A DNA stretch of 64,000 nucleotides, from the NCBI GenBank assembly GCA_964386385.1, contig CAYLRN010000001.1, positions 172,706 to 236,705 on the forward strand. The letters run 5' to 3'. This DNA comes from an uncultured Lentisphaeraceae bacterium. GTDB taxonomy: Bacteria > Verrucomicrobiota > Kiritimatiellia > RFP12 > UBA1067. Below the pieces are notes generated by a model. The model saw only the letters and a list, made by a program, of their open reading frames with translations, was not told where the DNA came from and did no database searches. Position 1 is the first letter of the stretch. Every line of letters starts with the position of its first letter. Made by a program: the position numbers and the translations under genes. Positions 26,117-34,229 of this stretch are shown piece after piece.

Positions 26117-27445
26117 ATGACACGCATTAAAGAAATGGCGCGCGGTCTCTTCGCCGCCGCCGCAATCGCGGTTGCGGCGGCGGTCTGCGGAGCGCCGCCG
26201 ACGTTCAAGATCGCCGCAAACCGGCCCGACTGCCTCTACGCCTGCGGCGAAAAGACGACCTTCACCGTGACCGCCGTCGACTCGAACGGCGTCCCCGTCA
26301 CGGCAGGAACGGTGGACGCGGTGGTTGACAACTTCGGCCCCAGACGCATCGGCGGACGCACCGTCGACCTGGCGAAGGAGAACCCCTTCCAGATTGGCGG
26401 CACGCTGAAGGAGCCCGGCTTTCTCCGCCTCCGCCTTTCCGCAAAAGGCGGAAAGCCCACCGTCTTCGGAGTCGGCTACGAACCGGTGCGTATCGTGAAG
26501 GGATCTCCGTCGCCTGCGGACTTCGATGCGTTCTGGTCGAACGCCGTCGCGCGCCTCGATGCGGAAGTCCCCGCAGATCCGCGCCTCGTCCTCCTCCCAG
26601 AACGGTCGAAGGGCGCGTTCGACTTCTGGCGCATCAGCTTCGCCACCTGGGGCGGAACGCGCGTCTACGGCTATCTGTCCATCCCAAAGGACGCCTCCGC
26701 GACAAGAAAGTATCCCGTCCGCTTCCAAGTGCCGGCGGCCGGCGAGGGCGGCTGGACGAACAACATGAACGGCGCCCCCGACGCCATCTGCATGCTAATC
26801 ACCGTCCACTGGTTCGAGCCGCCGTTCGACCTTGGCGAGCTCAAGGCGAAGCACGAGGAGCTCAGGCGCGAACTCAAGGCGAAGTACGGCAACCCGTCGT
26901 ATTCCAGGGCCGGCATCGACAAAAGCCGCGAAGAGTACTACTTCTACCGCGCCATTGTCGGCATAAACCGGGCGGTGGAATGGCTGGCGGCGCGTCCGGA
27001 GGTCGACCTGACCGACTTCACCTACTCCGGCACGTCGCAGGGCGGCGGATTCGGTTTCTATCTGCTGGGGTTGAGCAGCCGTTTCACGAAGGGAGTGATG
27101 TACGTGCCGGCGATCACCGACACGATGGGCTACCTGAAGGGCCGCCAGAGCGGATGGCCGCAGATCGTCGAAGGACAGACCTCGCCGGAGGCCCGCGCCG
27201 CCGCGGAGGCCAACGCCCCGTACTTCGACGGCGCGAACTTCGCCTCGCGCATCACCTGCCCCGTCAGAATGGTGGTGGGCTTTGCGGACACCACATGCGC
27301 CCCTTGCGCGGTCTACGCCGCCTTCAACGCCCTCGCCTCCAGGGACAAGGACATCCGCCACGGAATTGGCATGGGACACAACTGCGACTGGAAGTTCTAC
27401 CAGGAGTTCAGCGCCTGGCAGAAGGAACGCAATCCCGAACCCTGA
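26117..27445 (+). CDS. Secreted carbohydrate esterase, acetyl-xylan-esterase/cephalosporin-C-deacetylase (CE7/AXE1)-like, with an N-terminal extra domain.
   Basis: Signal peptide MTRIKEMARGLFAAAAIAVAAAVCGA. The nucleophile elbow YSGTSQGGGFG (GxSQGG) is typical of AXE1/CE7. The protein is 442 aa. Confidence 0.65.
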   Translation: MTRIKEMARGLFAAAAIAVAAAVCGAPPTFKIAANRPDCLYACGEKTTFTVTAVDSNGVPVTAGTVDAVVDNFGPRRIGGRTVDLAKENPFQIGGTLKEPGFLRLRLSAKGGKPTVFGVGYEPVRIVKGSPSPADFDAFWSNAVARLDAEVPADPRLVLLPERSKGAFDFWRISFATWGGTRVYGYLSIPKDASATRKYPVRFQVPAAGEGGWTNNMNGAPDAICMLITVHWFEPPFDLGELKAKHEELRRELKAKYGNPSYSRAGIDKSREEYYFYRAIVGINRAVEWLAARPEVDLTDFTYSGTSQGGGFGFYLLGLSSRFTKGVMYVPAITDTMGYLKGRQSGWPQIVEGQTSPEARAAAEANAPYFDGANFASRITCPVRMVVGFADTTCAPCAVYAAFNALASRDKDIRHGIGMGHNCDWKFYQEFSAWQKERNPEP

Positions 27446-27723
27446 CGGCGCGACGAGACGTCGCGCCCTACCTAGCCGCTGGAACGGACGCCATCCGGCG
27501 CGACGAGACGTCGCGCCCTACCAGACCGGCCAAAGGATCGCATTCGGTAGGGCGGGGCGTCCCGCCCCGCCGCATTGCCCACCATGTCCTCGGCGGGCAA
27601 ATGGAAATCATGCCATTGCGGTCGCGCAGGAGCGCGACCCTCCCATGCCGTCTCAAGCGGCGCAGCCAGATTGGGTCAAGTGGCGCGTACCTAGATCGTC
27701 TCAAGCGGCGCAGGCAGATCGGT
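27446..27723. repeat. Repeat-rich convergent intergenic region. It has two copies of the hairpin-containing direct repeat GGCGCGACGAGACGTCGCGCCCTACC, the REP-like copy 4 (inverted orientation), and a second direct-repeat pair CGTCTCAAGCGGCGCAGnCAGAT.
   Basis: Direct repeats at about 27448-27473 and 27498-27523, and at about 27648-27672 and 27695-27720. ggtagggcggggcgtcccgccccgccgc and cgcgcaggagcgcgaccctccca match copy 1 in reverse orientation. Confidence 0.55.
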
Positions 27724-28335
27724 TCAGACGGCGCAACGGTGGATTATCGCGCGGCGGAGGGTAAGCGGGTCGGAGTAGGCTACGCCGGAATCTGCCGGGA
27801 GTCCGAACGCGAGTCGCGTAAGGCGGACCGGAGAAGCGGCGGACGGCCATTCGCGCAGGATTTCCGAAAGGAGGCCCGCGGTGGCGTCCCCTTCCATGTC
27901 GGTCGAAAGCGCAAGAAGGACTTCGCCAAACCCCTCCCTGGCGATGCGGTCCTTCAGTTCGGCGATGCGAAGCTTCTCGATGCCGGACCTGCGGGCGGGC
28001 GAGAGCTTGCCGCCGAGGACGTGGTAGCGGCCGTGGAAGACGCCGGCGGATTCGATCGTCACGATGTCCGCCGGGTCTTCCACTACGCAGACTGAATCGC
28101 CGTCCCGCGTCGCGTCCATGCAGAACGCGCACGGGTCGCGTCCGCGCACCGTGAACGCCCCGCAGCGGGAGCAGCAGACGACGTTCTCGCGGGCATCTGC
28201 AAGCGCGACAGCGAGCGGGTCCAGCAGACGCTCCGGCTCGCGCAGAAGCGCCAGTGCGGCGCGCCCTGCGCTCCTGCGACCGAGTCCCGGCAGACGCGCC
28301 AGGTTCTTCACGAGAATGTCGATTGGTTCGAGCAT
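27724..28335 (-). CDS. recR: Recombination protein RecR.
   Basis: MLEPIDILVKNLARLPGLGRRSAGRAALALL... plus a C4 zinc finger CSRCGAFTVRGRDPCAFC and a Toprim region. The internal Met at 28335 was taken as the start. Confidence 0.9.
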   Translation of the reverse strand: MLEPIDILVKNLARLPGLGRRSAGRAALALLREPERLLDPLAVALADARENVVCCSRCGAFTVRGRDPCAFCMDATRDGDSVCVVEDPADIVTIESAGVFHGRYHVLGGKLSPARRSGIEKLRIAELKDRIAREGFGEVLLALSTDMEGDATAGLLSEILREWPSAASPVRLTRLAFGLPADSGVAYSDPLTLRRAIIHRCAV

Positions 28336-28342
28336 CCTGCCG

Positions 28343-28702
28343 TCACTTGCCGCCGAGCAGATTGCCAAGCCCCGCAAGACCGGCCATGCCGCCGGACTGC
28401 ATCGCCTTCGCCATGTAGTCGGCCGCGTTCTTGCGGACGGTCTTGAGCGCGCCGTTGACGACATTGAAAAGCATCGTCTCGAAGCGGTCGGTCTTGCCGT
28501 TGACGACTTCCTTCCACGTCTCTTCGGAAATCTTGATGGAAACGATGGAAGAATCGCCGCGGGCGACGACTGTGATTCCGCCGTTCTCGTACGTCGCCTG
28601 CATCTGCTCGACTTCCGTCTGGAGGCGCTTGGCCTCGTTGCGCATCTGCATGACCTGTTTCATCTGGTCCTTGGCCTGTTTCATCTGGTCGAAAATGCCC
28701 AT
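28343..28702 (-). CDS. ybaB: Nucleoid-associated protein YbaB/EbfC family.
   Basis: MGIFDQMKQAKDQMKQVMQMRNEAKRLQTEVEQMQATYENGGITVVARGD... is the canonical YbaB. Confidence 0.9.
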   Translation of the reverse strand: MGIFDQMKQAKDQMKQVMQMRNEAKRLQTEVEQMQATYENGGITVVARGDSSIVSIKISEETWKEVVNGKTDRFETMLFNVVNGALKTVRKNAADYMAKAMQSGGMAGLAGLGNLLGGK

Positions 28703-28750
28703 GTCAACTACCTCTTTCTTTTTTGTCTTTCAAATCTCAAATCAGTCGTT

Positions 28751-29101
28751 TCAAATCAGCCCGTTCTTCCGCGCCTTGTACGCCACGATCCGGGGGGTGG
28801 TCTTGAGCGCCCTGGCCGTTGCGGCGACGTTTCCATTGCACGACGCCAGCGCCTGCGAGAGAACCGCCCGCTCGAATGCGGCGACGGATTCCGCCCAGCT
28901 CTCTCCGCGCCATGTCCATGGAGAATGCGCCGTTCGACGCCGGCTCCACCTCCTGACCGCAAGCGGAAGGTCGTCGCGCTCGACGCAAAGCCCGAACGCG
29001 ACGAGTTCCGTTTCAATTCGCGCCCGCGTCTTCTCATCCTCGGACGGCCATGGGTACGAATCGAAAAGCGCGGCGGCGTCTTCAGACCAGTTTTTTGCCA
29101 C
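28751..29101 (-). CDS. Small Fis-type HTH protein of 116 aa that resembles the C-terminal end of a sigma54-dependent activator. It is a possible remnant.
   Basis: AAALFDSYPWP (cf. the YPWPGNVREL motif, which is degenerate here) and HTH_8-like SVAAFERAVLSQALASCNGNVAATARALKTTPRIVAYKARKNG. It overlaps the purC 3' end by about 20 nt. Confidence 0.4.
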   Translation of the reverse strand: MAKNWSEDAAALFDSYPWPSEDEKTRARIETELVAFGLCVERDDLPLAVRRWSRRRTAHSPWTWRGESWAESVAAFERAVLSQALASCNGNVAATARALKTTPRIVAYKARKNGLI

Positions 29102-29984
29102 TCAAAGCCTCGTAGGCCTTAACGTAGATGTCGTGCGTCCTGGAGACGACGTCGTCGGGGAGTTCCGGTCCCGGCGGCTGGTGGTTGAATGAAATGGAGT
29201 CAAGCCAGTCGCGGACGAACTGCTTGTCTAGCGAAGGCGGATTCGCGCCGGGGGCGTAGGATTCCTGCGGCCAGAAGCGAGAACTGTCGGGCGTGAGAAC
29301 CTCGTCGGCGAGGATGAGCGAGCCGTCGGCATCGCGTCCGAACTCGAACTTCGTGTCAGCGATGATGATTCCGTGTTCGCGCGCGTAGTCGGCGGCCTTG
29401 GTGTAAAGTCCGATCGTGGCGTCCTTCAGGGCTTTCGCCATGTCGACGCCGACAAGCTCCTCCGTCTGGCGGTAGTCGATCGCCTCGTCGTGGTCGCCGA
29501 TGGCGGCCTTCGTGGTGGGGGTGAAGAGAACTTCGTCGAGCTTGGAGGCGTTCTGGTAGCCGGTGCGGAGGGGCTGTCCGTTGACCGTGCCGCTCTTCTG
29601 GTATTCCTTCCAGCCGCTGCCGGTGAGATATCCGCGGGCGATGCATTCGACCGGCAGCATGTCGACCTTCCTGACGAGCATGGAGCGGCCGCGAAGGTCT
29701 TCCTTGACACGCTGGAGGAAGACGGGGTATTCGTCGACGTCGGCGGTGACGAGATGGTTCTTCATGCCGAGGAAGTCCATCCAGAAAAGTGAAAGCTGGT
29801 TGAGGACCTTGCCCTTGCCGGGGACGCCGGAGGGAAGGATGACGTCGAAGGCGCTTATGCGGTCCGTCACGACCATGAGCAGTTTGTCGCCGAGGTCGAA
29901 GACGTCGCGCACCTTTCCGCTGGCCGGCGGGGGGATGCCGGGAATCAGCGTTTCGAGCAATGCATGGTTTTTGTCGTATTTCAT
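29082..29984 (-). CDS. purC: Phosphoribosylaminoimidazole-succinocarboxamide synthase (SAICAR synthetase).
   Basis: MKYDKNHALLETLIPGIPPPASGKVRDVFDLGDKLLMVVTDRISAFDVIL... An AGGAG RBS precedes the ATG at 29984. Confidence 0.9.
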   Translation of the reverse strand: MKYDKNHALLETLIPGIPPPASGKVRDVFDLGDKLLMVVTDRISAFDVILPSGVPGKGKVLNQLSLFWMDFLGMKNHLVTADVDEYPVFLQRVKEDLRGRSMLVRKVDMLPVECIARGYLTGSGWKEYQKSGTVNGQPLRTGYQNASKLDEVLFTPTTKAAIGDHDEAIDYRQTEELVGVDMAKALKDATIGLYTKAADYAREHGIIIADTKFEFGRDADGSLILADEVLTPDSSRFWPQESYAPGANPPSLDKQFVRDWLDSISFNHQPPGPELPDDVVSRTHDIYVKAYEALSGKKLV

Positions 29985-30766
29985 CTGTCTGCTCCTAATG
30001 GAAAACTTTCCGGTGCCCTGCGTCCCTGCGCCGCGGGTGAGACGCTTCCTTCGAGAAGGCGAATGTCCGGCTCCGCCAGGTCGCGCCACTCGCCGGGGCG
30101 CATTTCGCGCGGGAGGCGCAGCGCGCCGATGGCGACGCGCTTGAGGGCGAGGACTTTCAGCCCGGCGGCGCGACACATGTTCCTGATCTGCCGCTTGCGC
30201 CCTTCGCGAAGGCGGAACTCCAGCAGCTGGACGCCGTTGCTCCACTCGTCCAGCAGATCCACCCGCGCGGGGCGGATGCGATAGCCGTCGGGCATTTCGA
30301 CGGCGGAGCGCAGGACGCGAAGACGGTCGTCGCCCCACCGTCCGGCGGTGCGGACGAGATACGTCTTCTCGTGCTCGAACCTGGGATGCGTCAGGCGGAA
30401 CGCCAGGTCGCCGTCGTTCGACATGAGAAGAAGCCCCTCGGAGTCCTGGTCGAGGCGTCCGACGGGGACGAGGCGCTCCGGGATTCGCCCCCTCACGACG
30501 TCCGCGACGGTGCGTCCGCCGAACGGGTCGTGCATCGTGGAGAGGACGCCGACGGGCTTGTAGAGCATGATCGTGCGCTTTCGCTCCGCGGCGGCGATGG
30601 GGCGTCCGTCGACCGAGATTTGCACCTTTTCGGGGTCGAAGCGGAGGTACGGCTCTCGGACGACCACGCCGTCCACGCACACCCGCCCGGCGGCGACGAG
30701 TTCCGCCGCATGGCGGCGTGACGCGACTCCGGCGTGGCTTAGGATGTTCTGGATCCGCTCTTCCAT
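29981..30766 (-). CDS. Pseudouridine synthase, RsuA/RluB family (S4 domain + catalytic domain).
   Basis: MEERIQNILSHAGVASRRHAAELVAAGRVCVDG... (S4 domain) and GRLDQDSEGLLLMSNDGDLAFRLTHP (catalytic Asp motif). Confidence 0.8.
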   Translation of the reverse strand: MEERIQNILSHAGVASRRHAAELVAAGRVCVDGVVVREPYLRFDPEKVQISVDGRPIAAAERKRTIMLYKPVGVLSTMHDPFGGRTVADVVRGRIPERLVPVGRLDQDSEGLLLMSNDGDLAFRLTHPRFEHEKTYLVRTAGRWGDDRLRVLRSAVEMPDGYRIRPARVDLLDEWSNGVQLLEFRLREGRKRQIRNMCRAAGLKVLALKRVAIGALRLPREMRPGEWRDLAEPDIRLLEGSVSPAAQGRRAPESFPLGADR

Positions 30767-31347
30767 CACTCGACGGTCCGGTACTTCTTCACGGCCTCGG
30801 CAAAGGCGGGGGTGTCCACGAAGCCGCAGGACTTGAATTCCGGGCAGAATCCGCGGTACACGCATTCGGGGACGCAGCACGCGGCGAGTTCAGGCTCCTG
30901 GCGGGCAAGTTCGTCGACGACGAGCCGCCATGCGGCGCGCGTCTCCGGCGAGGCCTGTGCGCAGAGGCGGCGGCGGCTGATGAACATGACCTCTGCGGCG
31001 TTCGCGAAGCACTCGTGCTCCACCGGGGCGTCCTGACGGGCGCCGGCGCGGTCTGCGCCGGTGCGGTCCGTCCGCTGCGTCGAGACAAAATGCTCTACGC
31101 CGAACTTGTGGCGGACGAAATGGACACTGACCCAGTACGGAAGGTTCGACCACTTCCAGTTCACAAGCAGTTTGCGAATTGGCGAGTGTTCGGCGAGAAG
31201 GATGCGCTTCTTCCAGCGGGAAGAAGGCTCCTTCTGCCCTTCCGGCATGCGGATTGTCGTCCGGGCGGCGTCGGCGACTCCGCGCCAGTCGCCGACGACC
31301 CGAAGGAATTTCAGCGTCGTCGGCGCCATTGCGCGGGAATCGGTCAT
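30766..31347 (-). CDS. Hypothetical protein of 193 aa.
   Basis: A coherent ORF whose stop overlaps the start of the pseudouridine synthase gene. No family was recognised. Confidence 0.4.
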   Translation of the reverse strand: MTDSRAMAPTTLKFLRVVGDWRGVADAARTTIRMPEGQKEPSSRWKKRILLAEHSPIRKLLVNWKWSNLPYWVSVHFVRHKFGVEHFVSTQRTDRTGADRAGARQDAPVEHECFANAAEVMFISRRRLCAQASPETRAAWRLVVDELARQEPELAACCVPECVYRGFCPEFKSCGFVDTPAFAEAVKKYRTVE

Positions 31348-32156
31348 TTGCTGAAGTCGCCCATTGCGCGGAACTTGGCGTAGCGCCTGTCGACGAGCTC
31401 GTCGACGGGAATCTTCACGAGTTCGGCGATTGCGGCGAGGACGGCCTCCTTTACCGAAGCGGCGGCGGCGGCGTGGTCGGTCTGCGCACCGCCATCCGGC
31501 TCCTTCACGATTCCGTCGATTACGCCGAGCCTCTTCAGGTCGGGGGCGGTGATCTTCAGGGCCTCGGCGGCCTCCGGGGCCTTCGCGCCGTCGCGCCAGA
31601 GGATGCCGGCGCAGCCTTCGGGGGAGATGACGGAATAGACCGCGTTCTCCATCATGAGGATCCTGTCGCCGACGGCGATCGCGAGCGCGCCGCCGGAGCC
31701 GCCTTCGCCCGTGACGACGACGACGATCGGCGTCTTGAGGGCGGCGAAGAACTCAAGCGACTTGGCGATGGCCTCGGCCTGGCCGCGGGCCTCGGCGGTG
31801 TCGCCGGGGTATGCGCCAGGGGTGTCGACGAACGTCACGATCGGAAGGTGGAACTTCTCGGCGAGCTTCGCCAGGCGCATCGCCTTGCGGTAGCCGTCGG
31901 GGTTCGCCATTCCGAAGTTCGCCTCCAGGTTCTCCTCGACTGTGGCGCCCTTGTGGTGTCCCATGACGAGGCACTTGACGCCGTCGATCGTCGCGAGGCC
32001 GCATATGAGGCCGCGGTCGTCGTTCACGAGGCGGTCGCCATGCAGTTCCTCGAAGTCGGAGGCCATGTGGCTGATGAAGTCAAGCAGGTGCGGACGCTTC
32101 GGATCGCGGGCGAGCTTGACGTGGTCCATTGCGGTTTTCACAGCTTCAGCGGACAT
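31344..32156 (-). CDS. accA: Acetyl-CoA carboxylase carboxyltransferase subunit alpha (short N-terminus).
   Basis: ...LPIVTFVDTPGAYPGDTAEARGQAEAIAKSL...VTGEGGSGGALAIAVGDRILMMENAVYSVISPEGCAGILW closely parallels E. coli AccA. Confidence 0.85.
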   Translation of the reverse strand: MSAEAVKTAMDHVKLARDPKRPHLLDFISHMASDFEELHGDRLVNDDRGLICGLATIDGVKCLVMGHHKGATVEENLEANFGMANPDGYRKAMRLAKLAEKFHLPIVTFVDTPGAYPGDTAEARGQAEAIAKSLEFFAALKTPIVVVVTGEGGSGGALAIAVGDRILMMENAVYSVISPEGCAGILWRDGAKAPEAAEALKITAPDLKRLGVIDGIVKEPDGGAQTDHAAAAASVKEAVLAAIAELVKIPVDELVDRRYAKFRAMGDFSK

Positions 32157-32170
32157 TGCGGCAATCCTCC

Positions 32171-33001
32171 TTAGAATCCAAAGTAGTGCAGGACCTTCAC
32201 GATGAAGGGCTTGAGGTCCTTGCGCTCGACGATCTTGTCCACGAACCCGTGCGACAGCAGATACTCCGCCGTCTGGAAGTCGGGCGGAAGCTTCTGGTGG
32301 ATCGTGTTCTCGATCACGCGGCGGCCGGCGAAGCCGATCAGCGTCTTGGGTTCGGTTATGTTCACGTCGCCGAGCATCGCGAAGGACGCGGAGACGCCGC
32401 CGGTCGTCGGGTCGGTCATCACGCTGACGTAGGGAAGACCGGCGTCCTTGAGGCGGCCGATCGCGGCGGAGGTCTTCGCCATCTGCATGAGCGAAAGAAT
32501 GCCCTCGTGCATCCGGGCGCCGCCGGAGGCGGAGCAGATGACGAGCGGACGGCGTTCGGCGATCGCCTTCTCGCAGGCGCGAGCGATGCGCTCGCCGGTG
32601 CCGGTGCCGAGTGAGCCGCCCATGAACGCGAAGTCCATCACGCCGAGCATCACCGGGACGCCGCCCATTTCGGCCGTGCCCATGACGATCGACTCGGTCT
32701 CGCCGCTCTTGGCGATGACGCTCTCGACCTTCGCCTTGTAGGCGCCGGTGGCGTCGTGGAAGTCAAGATGGTCGGAATAGCTGACCTCGCGGAAGGTCTC
32801 CGCAAAGGACCCCTCATCGGCGAGCTGGGCGATTCGCGCCCGGGCGCCAAGACGTCCGTGGTAGTTGCACACGGGGCAGATGCAGTTGGCGCTCTTCCAC
32901 TCCGCCGTCGCGATGTAGCTTTTGCAGCGCGGACAGACCTGCCACAGCGCCTTTGTGGGCGGTATCTTCGCCGGTGTTTCGGCTTTTTCGAACCAGGCCA
33001 T
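32171..33001 (-). CDS. accD: Acetyl-CoA carboxylase carboxyltransferase subunit beta.
   Basis: MAWFEKAE...CPRCKSYIATAEWKSANCICPVCNYHGRL (Zn ribbon) ...GGSLGTGTGERIARACEKA...CSASGGARMHEGILSLMQMAK. Confidence 0.9.
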   Translation of the reverse strand: MAWFEKAETPAKIPPTKALWQVCPRCKSYIATAEWKSANCICPVCNYHGRLGARARIAQLADEGSFAETFREVSYSDHLDFHDATGAYKAKVESVIAKSGETESIVMGTAEMGGVPVMLGVMDFAFMGGSLGTGTGERIARACEKAIAERRPLVICSASGGARMHEGILSLMQMAKTSAAIGRLKDAGLPYVSVMTDPTTGGVSASFAMLGDVNITEPKTLIGFAGRRVIENTIHQKLPPDFQTAEYLLSHGFVDKIVERKDLKPFIVKVLHYFGF

Positions 33002-33017
33002 TCTACGTTCTCCTTTT

Positions 33018-33500
33018 CTAGGATTCAGATTTCTTGCGTTTCGCGTCGGCGAGGAAGCCGAACGCAATCAGAATCGCCGCCGCCAGGGTGATGAAGGAGT
33101 CGGCGACGTTGAAGACGGGGAAATGGTGGACGCCCCAGTGGAAGTCGAACATGTCCACCACGTGGCCGCGGAAGACTCGGTCCAGCAGATTGCCGACGAC
33201 CCCGGCGTAGAGCATCGTCTCCGCCGCCAGCCCCCAGCGTCCCGCCGGAAAGACGGCCCTGCGCTTCCATACGAGAACCGCCAGCACGGCGAACGCGAAA
33301 AGCGCAAGCGGCCAGACGTGTCCCTGAAGCATCCCCCACGCGCAGCCGCGGTTCTCGACGTAGGCGAGATTGAACAGTTCGGGAATCACGACGACTGGCT
33401 CCGCGCCCTTCAGGCAGACGACGGCGGCGGCCTTCGAGAGCTGGTCTGCGCAGACCAGCCCCAGCACGGCCGCGCCCATCGCCATGACGCCCCTGAGCAT
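33018..33500 (-). CDS. lspA: Lipoprotein signal peptidase II.
   Basis: ...VIPELFNLAYVENRGCAWGML...FPVFNVADSFITLAAAILIAFGF is the LspA signature. The start was chosen at Met 33500 (ORF-track start 33599 is GTG). Confidence 0.8.
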   Translation of the reverse strand: MLRGVMAMGAAVLGLVCADQLSKAAAVVCLKGAEPVVVIPELFNLAYVENRGCAWGMLQGHVWPLALFAFAVLAVLVWKRRAVFPAGRWGLAAETMLYAGVVGNLLDRVFRGHVVDMFDFHWGVHHFPVFNVADSFITLAAAILIAFGFLADAKRKKSES

Positions 33501-33505
33501 CGCGC

Positions 33506-34183
33506 CTACCGCCGCCCTTCCATCTGGTTCTGGCATTCCATGCACGTGTGGGCGAAGGGAAGGTTGAGAAGGCGCGGCTTGCGTATTAGCTGACCGCACA
33601 CCTCGCAGATCCCGTACGTGCCGTCGTCGATGCGGTGGAGGGCCTCGTCGATCTTCTGGACGATCTTGTTCTGGGAATCGACCTGGCTGAGGTTCTGGAG
33701 GCGCATGAACGAATCGCTTCCGTCCTCGTCCTCGCTGCCGCGCTCGTCCGACTGCTCCAGCGCGTTCGCGCGCAGCGCGGTGGACTGCCCGATCGCGTCC
33801 TGTCGCAGGACTATGAGGCGCTTGCGGAATTCCGCCAGGTCGTCGTCCGAGAACTGCATAGTGGCCTTGCCGCGGGCGCGCGTCGTGGGGCGGCGCGTCA
33901 GCGTGACGGTGGACGTGGACGCCTTGCGCTCCTCCTCCTGCTCCTTCTGGCGGCGTTTCATCTGCTCCGCGAAGGAAAAGGCCATGTCCTTGTGCTGGTT
34001 CTCGAACGCAATCGACTCCTCCGGCTTCTTGGAGGACGTCTTCTTCACGTTGCTCACGATCGTTATCGGCTTCGGCGCGCCTTCGGGTCGGACGACGCGG
34101 ACTCCCGCCGCGGTCATCGCCTCAACGGGGGCGCTCTTCTCGCCCTTCGCCGCCTTCACGCTCTTCTTGGACACTTCGCCCAT
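33506..34183 (-). CDS. DksA/TraR-family C4 zinc-finger protein with a long Lys/Glu-rich N-terminus (225 aa).
   Basis: The C-terminal GTYGICEVCGQLIRKPRLLNLPFAHTCMECQ is the DksA/TraR Zn finger. The coiled-coil-like region is ...DDDLAEFRKRLIVLRQDAIGQ. Confidence 0.75.
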   Translation of the reverse strand: MGEVSKKSVKAAKGEKSAPVEAMTAAGVRVVRPEGAPKPITIVSNVKKTSSKKPEESIAFENQHKDMAFSFAEQMKRRQKEQEEERKASTSTVTLTRRPTTRARGKATMQFSDDDLAEFRKRLIVLRQDAIGQSTALRANALEQSDERGSEDEDGSDSFMRLQNLSQVDSQNKIVQKIDEALHRIDDGTYGICEVCGQLIRKPRLLNLPFAHTCMECQNQMEGRR

Positions 34184-34229
34184 ATAGTCTGCATTCCTTT
34201 CGTGCCAATGTACAGCCAGGGGCCGCGGC

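Noticed and set aside
27448-27523. Possible CRISPR array suggested by identical 26-nt direct repeats
   Set aside because: There are only two copies, the spacer length is atypical, the repeats are self-complementary REP-like hairpins, and no cas genes are present.
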